DNA of 64,000 nucleotides from Paecilomyces variotii (lineage: Eukaryota): the NCBI GenBank assembly GCA_004022145.1, contig RCNU01000002.1; one strand, written 5' to 3'. Positions 12,080 through 25,258 of the stretch are shown here, in pieces; the first letter of the stretch is position 1; every line of letters starts with the position of its first letter. The notes beneath the pieces were generated by a model that made no database searches, was not told the origin of the DNA, and worked only from the letters and a program-made list of their open reading frames with translations. A program made the translations under genes and the position numbers.

Positions 12080-12873
12080 ATGGCGCAGACGTAAGTCCCA
12101 ACCTCTGTCGAGAGAGAGTTTGACTGAGGACTTATTGTGTCATCTGCAGTTTGGAACCTGGACCGTCTGGTGGGAACCAGGCAGTTCGGATCGTCAAGCA
12201 GATCGAGATAGTTATTCGCGGCGCCAGAGATGACCAGTATAATATGCTTCATTGCTCGCATAGCGAGCTCGACGTGCATTTCAACCCACCGCGCCAGACT
12301 GTCACGGTCTTCCAAACAACGAGACATCCAAATGATCCATACGTATCTCATACAGTTGTCGTGCGTTTCACTAGGAGGAATTCTCGATTCATTAAGCTGG
12401 ACCACCTCCCTGACGGTTCTCTGCTCGTCAACTTCGAAATTCTGCCGTTTTTGAACATGCAAAATGAAAGAATCCTGAGCGTCGAGCACATCTACCATGG
12501 CTTTGAAGCAAACGTGCTCAAGAACCCGTTGGATGAGGAACTTGTTATGTGCGATTGGTCCTCCAAGCAGCTGCAGATGATACTTCCCGCGGCAAAGTTC
12601 TTCTCCAAGGACACCGAAGCTATAGCGCTCTTGACGTTCGGATGCATCACACTCGATGAATACTATGGCATGTTGCCGCACTTCAAAAGACCGACTCCGC
12701 CTCCACGCCCGCGGTTCTATTTCGATGATGACATGAGAGCCGCCCAATTTGCGGCATTGAGAAGAGCAGCTCTTAGAGATCGAAATGCCCCAGGAGCAAC
12801 TGGATGGACTTTGTCGATGGCGGAGGGCTTCCTTGGAAAGCACATGAAGGAAGAGAAGCGGCGACGCAAGTGA
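12080..12873 (+). CDS. Hypothetical protein, ~244 aa
   Basis: An 11-nt exon (12080-12090) and a GTAAGT..CAG intron (12091-12149) join in frame to the 240-codon ORF (MAQT-LEPGPSGG...); basic C-terminus EKRRRK; no family recognised. Confidence 0.7.
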
Positions 12874-13529
12874 ATGGATGGATAATGAACTATCTTGGCA
12901 GAATCATAGTTTTCTCGTGTCACGCAGCCGAGAATGATAGGATACAATGGCAATAAGCACAGCGCGGTGTGTCGAGTATGAAGTAGCAACGAACGATGTG
13001 AAATGAACCTTATCTCCATGTAGTATCCTTGATATAATTATGGAAACATCTAAGTATCATGGAACCAGCACAACGAGAGTAGATTATACAAGGTGATATT
13101 GGAGGCGTCCGGTAGTAGAGCTACTCATGCTCTAATAAACTCCAAATTAGCCCCAGTAACTGACAGACTGATTGATGATAAAGGGTCTCATGTATCGACT
13201 GTGGAGTCAGGAAGTAAAGAACAAGATGAATGCGACTAATGGGAAAAAGCTACGATTGCTCGGTAGGGAGTAAAGTGATGTGGATCAGAGTATACAAATA
13301 TGAAACAACCAGTGCAACCAAAGGCACTTAGATTCGAACTTGTGTTCCATCATATCATCCGACTTGCTTTAGAGTTGTGGTAAGTGAATGATAGCCGTCA
13401 ATGATAATCTTGAAGGGCCGTTGATCGCAAGTAAAGGAATATGCAAGTTACCAGCCGACTGCGCCATATGAGGTCTACAGGTAAGGACCTTGAACCGACC
13501 CACCACTGATTATACGTGGTGGAGAGTCC

Positions 13530-13554
13530 ATTATTATTATTATTATTATTATTA
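13530..13554. repeat. (ATT)n microsatellite
   Basis: Directly visible. Confidence 0.95.
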
Positions 13555-16217
13555 GCGAGCTAACGCCTGTTCGTGCCAGTAGTGTTCTGCTGTCTCATCG
13601 GGATCATGCTTCTCAGCCAGCAGTTTCGTACACAGATGGTAACTTAAGCAGATGCCCCTGAGCATCTAAACCACAAAAAGGAAAGCAAGGACCATGCCCT
13701 CGATGGCAGCTCTTTGAGCGTCTAGATGGTCTCTGGAAGAGAAGAACGCGTGAAATAAACATAAGCCTGGTTGGTCTAGATTTCTCCCTTGCTCCCCAGC
13801 GCTGCACGTGATATACTGGAGGGTTCCATCTCCGCACCTCAACCCCTTCTCCCTTGATCGACCACTAACTAATTTATTTATCAGATGAAGGTGGAGACGT
13901 CAAACACGCACATCCCTTCTCGTTCCGTAAGGACCCGGATCTCTTGCTCACGTCTTGCTTGATGACCATTCCACTTTTCTCTGAGGTCCATACTCGGAGC
14001 CCTGACCCTGAGGAAGCATTGCGCAGGCTGCGCAGCTGAGCGTTTCCACACTTCGAAAAGACTGGAGTTTAGAAGATGATACTCTACCCGCTAATATGTG
14101 TACCTAACACTATAGGCTGCTACATGCCCGTTGGCGCTAGACTCTCGCGCGATGCATGTGCGTATTGAATAACTCCCTCCTTCGGTAGATACTCGCAGCA
14201 TGGCTGATCCTACTCTACACAGGTGCCAAATCGATCCATGCGCATACTCTGCGATCCTGACAGCACAGGCCGTTCATTATTGCGTTGATTAGGGCTGGGC
14301 TATTTTAGGGCGTTCGGTATCAAAGCTGTTCCAAAGCTGTTCCGTCCTTCTACGTACAAGACCTCCAATTGCCGGAAGCTTGTCAAAACCAAGCTCACAA
14401 TGTTTCTCGTTTTCTTTCTCTCTCTCTCCCACTCTTTTCTTTCTTTTTTTTTTCTCTTCTCTCCTATTATATTTTACTCACTAGCTCTGGATCTGTCTAG
14501 CCCTGGAAGCCATGCCAGACCTCCGCCTTTGGTTGAATCATGCTATTAATACCGGATTCTCCAAACAAGTCGTAGCACTAACCATATAGCTCCTGGGGCT
14601 TCATGGACTAGCAGTGGAGCAGCTGGGATGGCACATATAGCAGACGCTAAATGTGGACTCGGAAAAAATATCATCATGTGGGAAAAAAAAAGAGGCCCCT
14701 CTTTCGTGAGGAGTTTTTTTGTGGCCCGGCCGTGTGCCGGGCTTCCGTAAGGCGAATATTCCATACTGATTTGGGTGTTATCGGCATACCACTTATCTAC
14801 GGACCTGTTGTCGATAACCAAATCGCCCATGGACATATTCACACCACATACACTACCGCGACACCATCGCACGAACTCCGGGGTAGTCACTACTCCAGAA
14901 TCCCAAGGAAATTGACTGCAAGCGCCACGACAGGAGATCCCGGGCTCGCGCATCTTGGCCATCTTGGCGAAGGCGTTGAGAGACTGACCATTATTATTAT
15001 TTCGACTGAGTTGTTCTCATTTAGTTGGCCAGTCGGTTGCTGGTGCCCCTGGGCGATGGTCACGGGCGAATCAATCTCGAGCACGCTATCTCAGAACATC
15101 AACACTCTACCATAAATGTGAAGTGGACTAGCCGAGTCTAAAATGAGCCTAAATATCCTAACGACAAAATGGAGAGCAGTGACTGGCTGGAAGAGACTGA
15201 AAACCTCTGTCGGTTTCCCGTTTAGTGGCATAAACAGCAGCCACCACGACGCCCCTTTTGACCTGGAGTATCTGCTAGTTATGCTCCTCCGAGCTTGCTT
15301 TCAATGCGCTACCATCGCGCTATCTTGGCGAAGGGTATCTGCCATCGATGGCTCCCAATCAGAGGGTCGTCTCCATCGTCGCAGTGGCGGTCGTCGTCCC
15401 AGATTAGCTGCCCAGCCGGCCTTCTAGATGGGCCCTGCTCTCTGGTGAACGCTGGAAATCAAGCTCGATACAACATGGCCGGCCGAGGTCGCCCTCTTCT
15501 CCTTTTCCGGCATGGGCGATGCCGGGTCCTTCGATGTGACGGAAAGTGAGAGACGGTGGTCTGCCAAGCTGCTTCACTCTCTCCGCAGCATGTCATTCTA
15601 CTCTTTCAGTTTCCATCGGCGTTGATCAACTGTCACCTTGTCACGCCTTCTTTGGCCAAACCGGCTTTTCGTTCTTTACTGCCCATTTGTCGCTCATTAG
15701 CCATTTCTGTCGCGCTGTGATCATTGTGTTTCTGTCTTCCTTTTCTTCTTCCCAATCCAACCGGCGGCGGGTTCATTCGTTTTTCGTTCTTATTGAACGT
15801 GTGCTTGGTTATCAGACGGCGTAGCTAGCAACTCGCTGCTCCCGCCTGGTCGTGCAGATCATCAGCCCACTATCCTGAGCAGACGATCGCTTTGGGAATT
15901 GATCCGTACAGAGAGATAAGCCATTTGAAGGAACCTCGAATTTCCTTGCTCTGGCATCTAGCACTGTATCCCATTACGCCGCCTTGGTGTTTATACGACG
16001 CTCGTTACGAAGAGGAAACATTGGAACATACGTTCGCAGGTGACATTCATTCGTTTTCGCTTAATCATGAAAAAAACGATCTGAGAGATCGGAATTACAT
16101 TGAGAGTCTCGAGTTAGATACTGAGTGAGATTCGGCGCGCACCTGGCAACTGAAACCGAAGACCTAACTGGGTCCTTTCTACTGGGGTTGGATATATCTT
16201 TGAAGGTATAGGCCATC

Positions 16218-17912
16218 ATGTGGTTACAGCTCATTTCAGTCCTCAGTCTGGCGACATCGTCGCTCGCTGCCAGTACTGAAGAGTGGAAGGGGAGGTCAGT
16301 GTATCAGGTTTTCACGGACAGATTTGCTCGTACGGATGGGTCGACAACAGCACCATGTAACACTACAGAAGGGCTATACTGCGGTGGAACATGGAGAGGG
16401 ATCATCAATCATCTGGATTATATCGAGGGCATGGGATTCGATGCTATCATGATATCTCCTATTGTCCAGAATATTGAAGGCAGGGTGTCCTACGGCGAAG
16501 CCTATCACGGGTACTGGCCTCAGGATATCTACACCTTGAATGACCATTTCGGTTCTCACCAGGATTTGCTCGATCTTGGCAATGCTCTGCATGAGCGCGG
16601 CATGTGGCTAATGATCGACACCGTGATCAATAACATGGCCTACATAACTAACGGCAGCAACCCCGCGACTTCCATCAACTATTCCATCTTCACTCCTTTC
16701 AATAACGAGGATTACTTTCATCCTTACTGTGAGATCACGAACTACGAGAATTATCCGCTTGCCCAGAGATGTTGGACCGGTGATGATATTGTACCGCTGC
16801 CGGATCTCAAAACCGAATCCAGTGATGTTCAAAGTATCCTGGAGAAGTGGATCCAGGGGATAATTTCGACATACTCAGTCGACGGTCTGCGTATCGATGC
16901 TGCGAAGCATGTCACCCCCAGTTTCCTGCCGAATTTCTACAAAGCCGCTGGTTTGTTCATGACCGGAGAAGTCATGGAAGCAAGTGCAGAAATTATCTGT
17001 AACTATCAGAGCAACTGGATCCCCAGTGTTCCTAACTACCCAGTCTATTATGCCATGCTGTCAGCCTTTACCGAGGGCAACATAACCGCATTGGCGGACG
17101 AACTGGCCCTCATGAGCTCGCTGTGCCCGGATACCACCGCATTAGCATCATTTTCCGAGAATCACGATGTTGGCCGAATTGCTTCTATGAACCCAGACAT
17201 GTCGGTAAGTCCTACTGGACAATAGTACTAAACTCGAGAAGGAAAAGGAAATACTGACGTCGAATCTTTATAGCTCGCTAAGAATATACTAGCCTTCACT
17301 ATTCTTGCGGACGGAGTACCCATGATCTATCAGGGCCAAGAGCAACATTTTACAGGCAGCGGCACACCTGACAATCGGAAGGCCCTGTGGCTTTCCAACT
17401 ACGACACGAATGCGGAGCTTTATCAATTGGCGTCGATCCTCAACAAGATCCGTAAGCAAGCCATGCGGATCGACCCCGGCTATCTGGATTTCAAAGCGTA
17501 CCCTATCTATTCTGGATCCAGTGAACTCGTGATTCGCAAAGGCAGTGAACGCCGACAAATCATCAGTGTTCTGTCGTCCAATGGCGAGAACGGTGGTGCA
17601 TATGACCTAACGTTACCCATTTCCTACGAACCAGGTAGTGTAGTCACGGAGGTCATCAACTGTGTGAACTATACCGTCGACGATAAAGGTCAACTCCAAG
17701 TGCCAATGAACAAGGGTCTCCCAAGAATCCTATTCCCAGCCGATCAGATGGGTGGAAGTGGGCTCTGCAATATCGGTAACTGGACCAACTACGGAAAGGC
17801 CAAAAAGGGTAACGGCTCTTCTGCTGCTCCAGATACCCGCATCTCGCTCAGCGCATTATGCTTCGGCCTCTTTATCTCTGTTTTCGGCAGTGCCTTTGCG
17901 CTCATAGCCTGA
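16218..17912 (+). CDS. GPI-anchored GH13 alpha-amylase-like protein (Agt/AmyD-type 4-alpha-glucanotransferase)
   Basis: Exons 16218-17204 and 17274-17912; signal peptide; catalytic GLRIDAAKH, GEV, FSENHD; region I DTVINN lacks the conserved His, as in Aspergillus Agt enzymes; hydrophobic GPI-type C-terminus. Confidence 0.92.
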
Positions 17913-19033
17913 GGACACCGCCCATTATTTACAGGAGTCTATTTTCCATATCCGGCGGAGGGTGTTTTTGGTTCGTTTTCCTGTTTCGTTGTACATACAT
18001 ATGCAATGGCAATGGTCGAGGTCTCCTGGATATTGGATTCCGTCCCCAGAGCGGCCATTTCTTCGACCTTCTGTCTTATGGCTGATACGTTCTATTTTGG
18101 TCTATTAGCTTCCTCTTCTCCGATCATATCTGCAGCGGCGTCATTTCAAGACGCGTGTGTGGGTCTTGCATTTCTGCCACTGCCCCTAGGGATTACCATA
18201 CTACCCTGTTCTCACTCCTTCATCCCTCATACCCAAAAAAGGCATATAGGGAGACCCCTTCTGTCTGTCATTCCATATTGATATATACGTTATAATTGTT
18301 ATGTTACACATAGGGAGGATTAATCAGGGAATGATACGAGAGGAACGATTTTGGCTATAACATTTCCACTTTCAAAAAGAATCCAACAAAAACAAATATG
18401 AAAGCAATCTAACTAACTGTATTAATTACATCACGCACGTTCTATCTATATCCATTCTATCTCCGTCCTACCCGTCGGCACTGCATGCAATGCTGGTATC
18501 TACGCGTGAGAAAGATACCTGTGACGCCAACCGGATCTGATCGGGTAGCTTACATATACTCTGTGTTCCACTGGACGTGCTAAAGGCGTGGAGTGTTGTG
18601 GGGACGCGATTGACTTAATTTAAGAAAAGATATGAGCAAGTTGTTTAGTATATGTGATCTGATAGGTTGCAAATGAGAAAAAATGGGCTATTATTGTCAC
18701 TACTGGTATTGTCAATAGAACTACTTGTTTCGCCATTTCATATTGCCTATTATATGCACGTTTGCTAGATGTGGTTTATTTGATGTTTAGGCGATGTGCA
18801 TGCAAGACATCAAGGGGGACGATCATTTTGAAGAGATACTATGTACAGAGATAGGGCTGAAGTGAAAACAATTTCTTCGTCGTAATATTACATAGAAAGA
18901 ATGAGACGATGATCTCGAGCTTTTCTTTCCAAGATCCAAATAACACCGATTTAGCGTATAATCTAGATTGTATCCCCCAACTAGCTGGGGCCGTGTTCCT
19001 TTAAAGAACAGTCTTCTTTGCGAAGATCGCCAT

Positions 19034-20109
19034 TCACTTGCGGTTCTGGCGCTGCATGCCCAGGATCTGGACCATGCGGATGAAGATATTCAGGAAGTCA
19101 AGCTCCAGACTGATGCTCTCGTTGACAACGTCCCTCCTGACAATGCCACGCTCGGCAAGACGCGCGTGGTGCAAGATCTTCTGGATGTCGTAGAGGGTGA
19201 AGCCACCGAAGACAGCAAGACCACCATACAGCCAGATACGCTCAGACCACATCAGAGTGCGGGCAGCGGTGGCGGGAAGGACCAGAGGAGCGAGACCGGA
19301 GAGAGCAACGATGGTGACACCGGCAAGAAGGGGACCGCCAAGGTACAGGTACTTCTCCTGTTTCGCGGTGGCACCGACGAAAGCGATCGAGCCCATCATT
19401 CCAACGGTGTAGAGACCAGCGCGAGCAAGGATAGCCGGGTTGACGAACATCAGCGGGGACAGAAGAGCAGCCTGGGTCACGTTAAAGGCACCCCAAAGGG
19501 CGTACTTTGCGATATAGCTAGTGATGCAACGTTAGCTCCTAATTTCTCCTGCGAATAGGATCGATGTACTTACTTGTCAGGAGAAGTGTAGAGAGTGCCG
19601 TACATGGTACCAATGCTGGCAACCAGACCGAGACCGGCCACAGCCCACGGGTTGGTAGCCATCAGACGGAACGACCAGCCGTTGGCGTGCAACGCTCTCG
19701 CGGCAATTGCAATGATACCGACTCCCAGACCGGTGTGCAGGAAAGTGTCATTCAGGTAGCTCCGTTCGTAAGGAGGCATTCCGCCATCCTCTCTCGTTTC
19801 GCGGTTGAAGATCAAGTTCGCAGCGACGACTGTTCCTCCGACGATGGCAGCTCCGTAGAGCAGTCTCTGAGTAAGGTTGCCACCCTGGGGGACGCCGTAA
19901 GCGGGCTGCATGTACGTCCGGCGGAAAGCATCCTGGAAAGTCTGTCTAGAGCGGCCGAAGATGGACGATGGCGCAGATGTCGATGCCTTGGGAGCTGAAG
20001 CGGGTTTGATGGGAGTGTTGTGAAGGAAGCGGACAGGATTGTGGGAGGCCTTGGAGACCTCCTTTAGAGCTGTCGAAACAGCAAAAGGACGTCTGAGCAT
20101 GAAAGCCAT
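19034..20109 (-). CDS. Bax inhibitor-1 family mitochondrial membrane protein (GHITM/MICS1-like)
   Basis: Exons 20109-19574 and 19517-19034; Arg-rich presequence; multiple TM helices; LYLGGPL, LYGGL..F..FTLYD.Q, LDFLNIFIR motifs. Confidence 0.92.
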
Positions 20110-20432
20110 GGCTGCGACGACTGAAGGTTGATGCAAGAGAGACGAAGGGAGCGGTTATAACTAGTTAAATAGCTACCCACTTCGGGCGATAATCGATCAT
20201 TAATCGATGTGACGTCCGCTCCGGGTATCCGAACGTTCCAGAAGCGCTAGACCACTTCCCCACGTGATCGTGAGTCACGGTCCCGCCAGTCCACGTGATT
20301 CGAAGTGGGATGCAGAGAGTGCCGGGAATAATAGCGTGTATTGCATTTATCTAGGTATTATTATTCTGGTTGTGGAGGAACAATATTATTCTGCAAGCAT
20401 ACAAGAACAGGTCGACAGCAACTGAAGCCATT

Positions 20433-21148
20433 ATGTCGCTCCTTGAGACCATCGATCTGTCGCATCTGCCCCCTTCCACTCCCGTGCATATTGCTCTCTA
20501 TCGAGATGTAAAGAATGCCCCCTTCCTCAGGCAGCAGCTTCTGTCGGGAAACACCGAATTCGAATATGCATTTATTGATGCGAGCATGGTACGGTTGATA
20601 ATTCATCTCGTCAGTCTGGACTTCGAGGTGCTAACGAGATATAGATTCTTTCGAGGACGCACATTCTTGCAGCTACTTTCCGGGCCGTCAATGATTACCT
20701 AAACGGGCGACTAAAGTCAAGAAACGTGCATTCTGAAATCGTCTTTAGCCTAAGTCCAAACAATAATGTTTGTATATTGGTGTCTACAAGCCATGAAGTG
20801 ATACTGACTGGCTTGCTTTAGATCGCGGAATCGTTCCGCAAATTTGGCCTGACAGATGCCACGAAGGATTTGTTGGTGATCAAAGTCTCTGTGAGCCCAG
20901 AGATCACCCATGATTCAGTAGCTCAGCACCTGGAAAAGGTTGTTGAAGGCAGCCCTGTTCCCTTCAGTGATGAGACATTATCCACCATATCCGATGTCAG
21001 CAAAATCAGGAAAGCATACAAGCTGGGAGCCGCGCCCGCGAAGCCTACAAAGGCTACTTCCGATCAGGTGAATGGAACCCACTATAGCAGCCAGAAAGAT
21101 CTGCAGGTTGCACTCTTGGGTGCGATTGCATTGCGTGGAGCTACTTGA
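20433..21148 (+). CDS. CGI121: EKC/KEOPS complex subunit Cgi121
   Basis: Exons 20433-20588, 20645-20767, 20822-21148; motifs [43 protein letters not shown]. Confidence 0.95.
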
Positions 21149-21961
21149 TCGCCCTTGAGACAGTTCTTCGACCCGTTGCCTACTGAGCGGTTGATATATG
21201 CCGGGGAATAAGCAGAACCGGGCTGGAAACCATTGCTTGACCCTTCGAATCCGGGAAATTTACTTATGATGGCTCCCATCTCACATGGCAAGCCGTGGTT
21301 CTTTCTACAGTGATGGAGCTCCATTGGATATTGGATATAAGGAGTCATTTACTGCAGGGGCGACATACAATCAAGTTCTTCCGCTTTTCCCTGACTGCCA
21401 AGACAGACAGCCATTGAGCAAAGAAAGCAAATTACGGAACCCTGCCTCAATTACCTGACTGCATCCAGGTAGGAGGGTTAAAAACCACAGCAATACCGTG
21501 CAGCGGTAGCTCGCCTGTAGATTCAGGCGCAAGTGGCATTCGCATCGGTGTACATTGTATATACCTAGATGCTAGTTAGATCACTGAAATCACTTGCGAA
21601 GCAAATTCTTCTTTCTTCCGGATTTGTACTCGATACTGGTTCAGTAGATAAATCTTAGTTCGTTGGATGCACAATGGAGATCGTTCTAAACCGAGAGTCT
21701 AGAATCCTGATGCTTATTGCTTATCGCTGCGTACCATCGGTTGCCCCGCGACCCGCTATGATCCATATCGGGTAATCCTGCAACTTTGCCAAGCCAAACT
21801 TTCTGGAGAAGACAATGCCGCGCCACGGACACACTTGACAACCTCAGTACCTGGAGCTCTGGAGGAGCATACAGACTCTCTATAATGAAGCCTCTAGCGT
21901 CCAGGACGACTCGACTATTTACAGCCACGACACAAGCTTGATTCTGCGAGGATTCGCCGCC

Positions 21962-24554
21962 ATGGCTGCGACGGCGGAGGTAGTTATCCTCCCTTCTTCC
22001 TCGCCGGCACCTATTTTTGCTCAATCTCCCACCCCTGTCTCATACAGCCCTGAGCGACTGTTCGGGCTCTCTCCTCGAGATAACTCTTCGCCTTCGATGC
22101 TTTCTCCCACGTCACTTTTTAGGTCTTCCCACTCTGCGCGGGCGCAGAATAGGCGTTCGAGAGAAGGATTCGCGGGTGGCGATGTGCGGTCTCAGAACCC
22201 AGGAATCGGCTCAGAAGATATTCTGATTATGAGTGCTGCACCCGAGGAGCTGAAGGAGAAACCGAAACGGAGAGCGAAAAAAGGAACGCAAGGAAAGGAA
22301 ACAACCGCGGTGAATCTGGACCAGCTGTCCCTTGAGACTACTACAGAGGGAATAAGAAAGCCGGCTGAGGTGAAGAAGGGACGGAAGCGGGATACAAGCA
22401 AAAAGCAGGAAAAAGGAAACAAGACTCTGAAGGGAAAGGTGGCAAAGGTCGGAGCTGGGAAACTAAATAATTATTCTGGCAAAGCAATGCTTCCCGATCA
22501 GCCTGTTGAGAACGCTTCAAACTCTGGGTTTGATTGGGAGAAAGACGGTCTACAGCTCGAAGAGGCTACGAAACGCAGGCTGGATTGGACACCGACAAAG
22601 AATTCAAAGGACTCGACGAAGACGACGGCGGCGGAACTCGTCGGTAACATCGACACTAATGGCGATGATGTGGGAGGATCACAAGCTTCCTGCAGGCGCA
22701 GCTTTGGCAATCTGCTCTCAACTTACGGGTTCGATGGAGAGAGTCGTGCGCCTGAAGACGCTGTCCGCAATCTAGGTGGTGAAGGCCCTACCAAGCGAAG
22801 ACGGATAGAGGTATGTGGTTCGATCACGATAATACGCCTCTTATTATACTAAAATGACTGTTTAGTTGGTGGACTCCAATGTCTTCACCTTGCCAACCTT
22901 TCGCCGGCTGGACACTACCGATGCTTCCTCTGGCGACTCCGCAGCTGAAACAGCCGCACAAGAGATTACGAAGAAACCGCGAAAGAAAAAGATGACGACT
23001 ATTACAGCTCATGCTACTGCGCGATATGTCCCTGATTACGAAGGGGACAGCAACACTCTTAGTCGATATCTGGTAGTCGATGAGTATCAGCCGACAACTG
23101 AAAAGGCCACCAGCAAACAGAAAACGTCCAAAACAAAGAAGAGCCACGGCACGAAGGACGAAGCTCAGGGGTTTACTGTTGTCCATCCAGAAGCAGCTTT
23201 CAAGTCACTTGAAGACCAAGAGCTTCTGTTTGGCACATGCAGCCAACTCGAACGAGAGGAATCCCCGACATTCGTCCGCGAAGTCCAAAAGGCAATTCGT
23301 GCTTCAGAAGCCGATATACAAACGGAGGAAGGATACCGCCCAACCCAGAGTACAATGTCTCATGCATCGGGCGCCACCACAGTGTCGCGATTTACAGCCT
23401 CTAGGAATCTGTGGTCTGTAGCTGCGAGGGATTCCAGCGGATCTCTAGTCCAAGCGGAGGTTGTGGACCTTGTGGATTCTCCGGACGCCCCGAAGGTGTC
23501 GTCTGAAATACTTCACCAAGGCATTCTTCCTGTGGGGAGACAGAAAAGCCCCCCGCAAGATAACACGATCGGACTACAGTCAAGTCCTGTTGCAAGTACC
23601 GAGAAGGCTGGTTCAAGGAACGACAAAAGCCTGTCCCTCCAAGCTGCGAACCAGGGCAGCTATATTTCGCAGTCTGAGCATCGTTCAGACCCGGAATTAG
23701 CACAGGGGGTGAGTGAACAAGAAGTAACCAGGCCTGAAATGCCCCAGTATACCGGGTTCACAGACGCGGAACTTGCCAAGAAAATAGCTTCATATGGTTT
23801 CAAACCTGTCAAGGGCCGTAACAAGATGATCGAATTGCTTCAGAAGTGCTGGGAGTCTAGACTACCAGACTCGGTAAAGCATGCGAAGCAAGTCACTCCG
23901 GCTCAATCAAAGGGATTGCCTGGTTCTGAAATGACGACCGTGTCATGCGAGACAGGAAATAAGCCGCAGGCCCGCAAACCTGCAAAGGCCGATTCTGCAG
24001 GGTCTCAATCTAAACGAACCGCTGGGCGAAAAGCGGACCGGGCTGCAAAGCCAGCATCAAAACGTCCAAGCAAAAAGACAACCACATCCGAAAACCAAGA
24101 GAAGCCAAAACCTCGCTTTCAAGATGTGGAGGAGATTGAAGATTCTGAAGAAGAGCTGATTCCCTCTCCAAGTCGCATGTGGAGCCGTTATATTCCTCGT
24201 GATGCCACACCCGTTTCTCTCCCCTTATCTGCGGTCCCGAGTCCTGCGCGGGAGCAGAATAATACAAAAAAACCCTCTCGCAGCTATCAACTTCCAGAAG
24301 ATTTTCCTGAATTATCTACGAAGGTGATGGAAGCCATCCGTGCTCAGCCTCGTCGACCATCAGTGAATGGTCGTCCGTGTCTTACCTGGCACGAGAAGAT
24401 CCTTATGTATGATCCCATCGTACCTGAGGATCTTACTGCGTGGTTGAACACGGAAGGGCTCAACCTCGTCGGCGAAGACGAGGAAGTCAGCCCTCACTTC
24501 GTGAGAAAATGGTGCGAGAGTCACGGGATATGTTGTTGCCCGAAAAAGACTTAA
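21962..24554 (+). CDS. SLX4: Structure-specific endonuclease subunit Slx4
   Basis: Exons 21962-22810 and 22866-24554; LFGTCSQL motif, SAP-like MPQY..FTDAEL..YGFKP, C-terminal WHEKILMYDPIV.EDLT.WLN..WCESHGICC. Confidence 0.93.
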
Positions 24555-25258
24555 GTCGACCAGCTCTGCTTGTGTATTTATACATGGACATATTTTGTGA
24601 ACTCGATGGCACAGCTGCCTGTCGTTTTCCTGTTATTTCATACCCGCATATCTCCCACCGCATGGTGATTACTGGACGCATTCGTCTTCTGGAATCTGGG
24701 TGGTGTTTGGGTATTTCTTTTCACAGGGTTATAAGGATCGAGATTATATATGCCCTTTCTTTCTGGAATACTGAGATTACATATACCCTTCTGGAATAGA
24801 TTATTTTCGTCTATGTGCTTTGCATAGCTCTCCATGAACGATGATAAATATGGCAACAACTATCTACCTTGAAACCTCATATTCTCATAGTCCAGTAATC
24901 TGACACAATCATATATAACTCTCAAAATCTCGGGATAAGCTACAGAATCACTAAATAACAAATAAACTATTCTGACGAACCTCCTGCACCATGAACGCCA
25001 AGTATAGAAATGGAAAACGACACCGGCCATGCAAACCTCATTTGGGAAATGCTGATACAGACAAAATGATAATATGACGACCAACACCCATACATCTTTC
25101 TCGTCCTATAAACGCCGATCGAGAGATCACGATATATCAAATCCAATTCCCCAAATCTTGAAACCATTCACCACGCCAGTTCAAAGTTCACAGTCGATAA
25201 TTTGTATGCATATACTAAACCCCCCTCCCCTCGAGGGCACCCAGTTTCGCTCAAAATC

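Noticed and set aside
1-13000. Possible Starship or other giant transposon
   Set aside because: No tyrosine-recombinase captain or typical cargo is seen, and core gene Y14 sits inside. Cannot be excluded upstream of the window.
13325-13345. GTTCGAATC B-box/T-loop-like motif on the minus strand (similar motifs near 1035, 6705 and 21245)
   Set aside because: No pairing T-stem, D-arm or acceptor stem could be built, so not called as tRNAs.
24770-24800. CTGAGATTAC..ATACCCTT resembling a TPP riboswitch core
   Set aside because: Lacks the downstream CTTGATC/GATAATACCAGCG elements, and there is no thiamine gene nearby.
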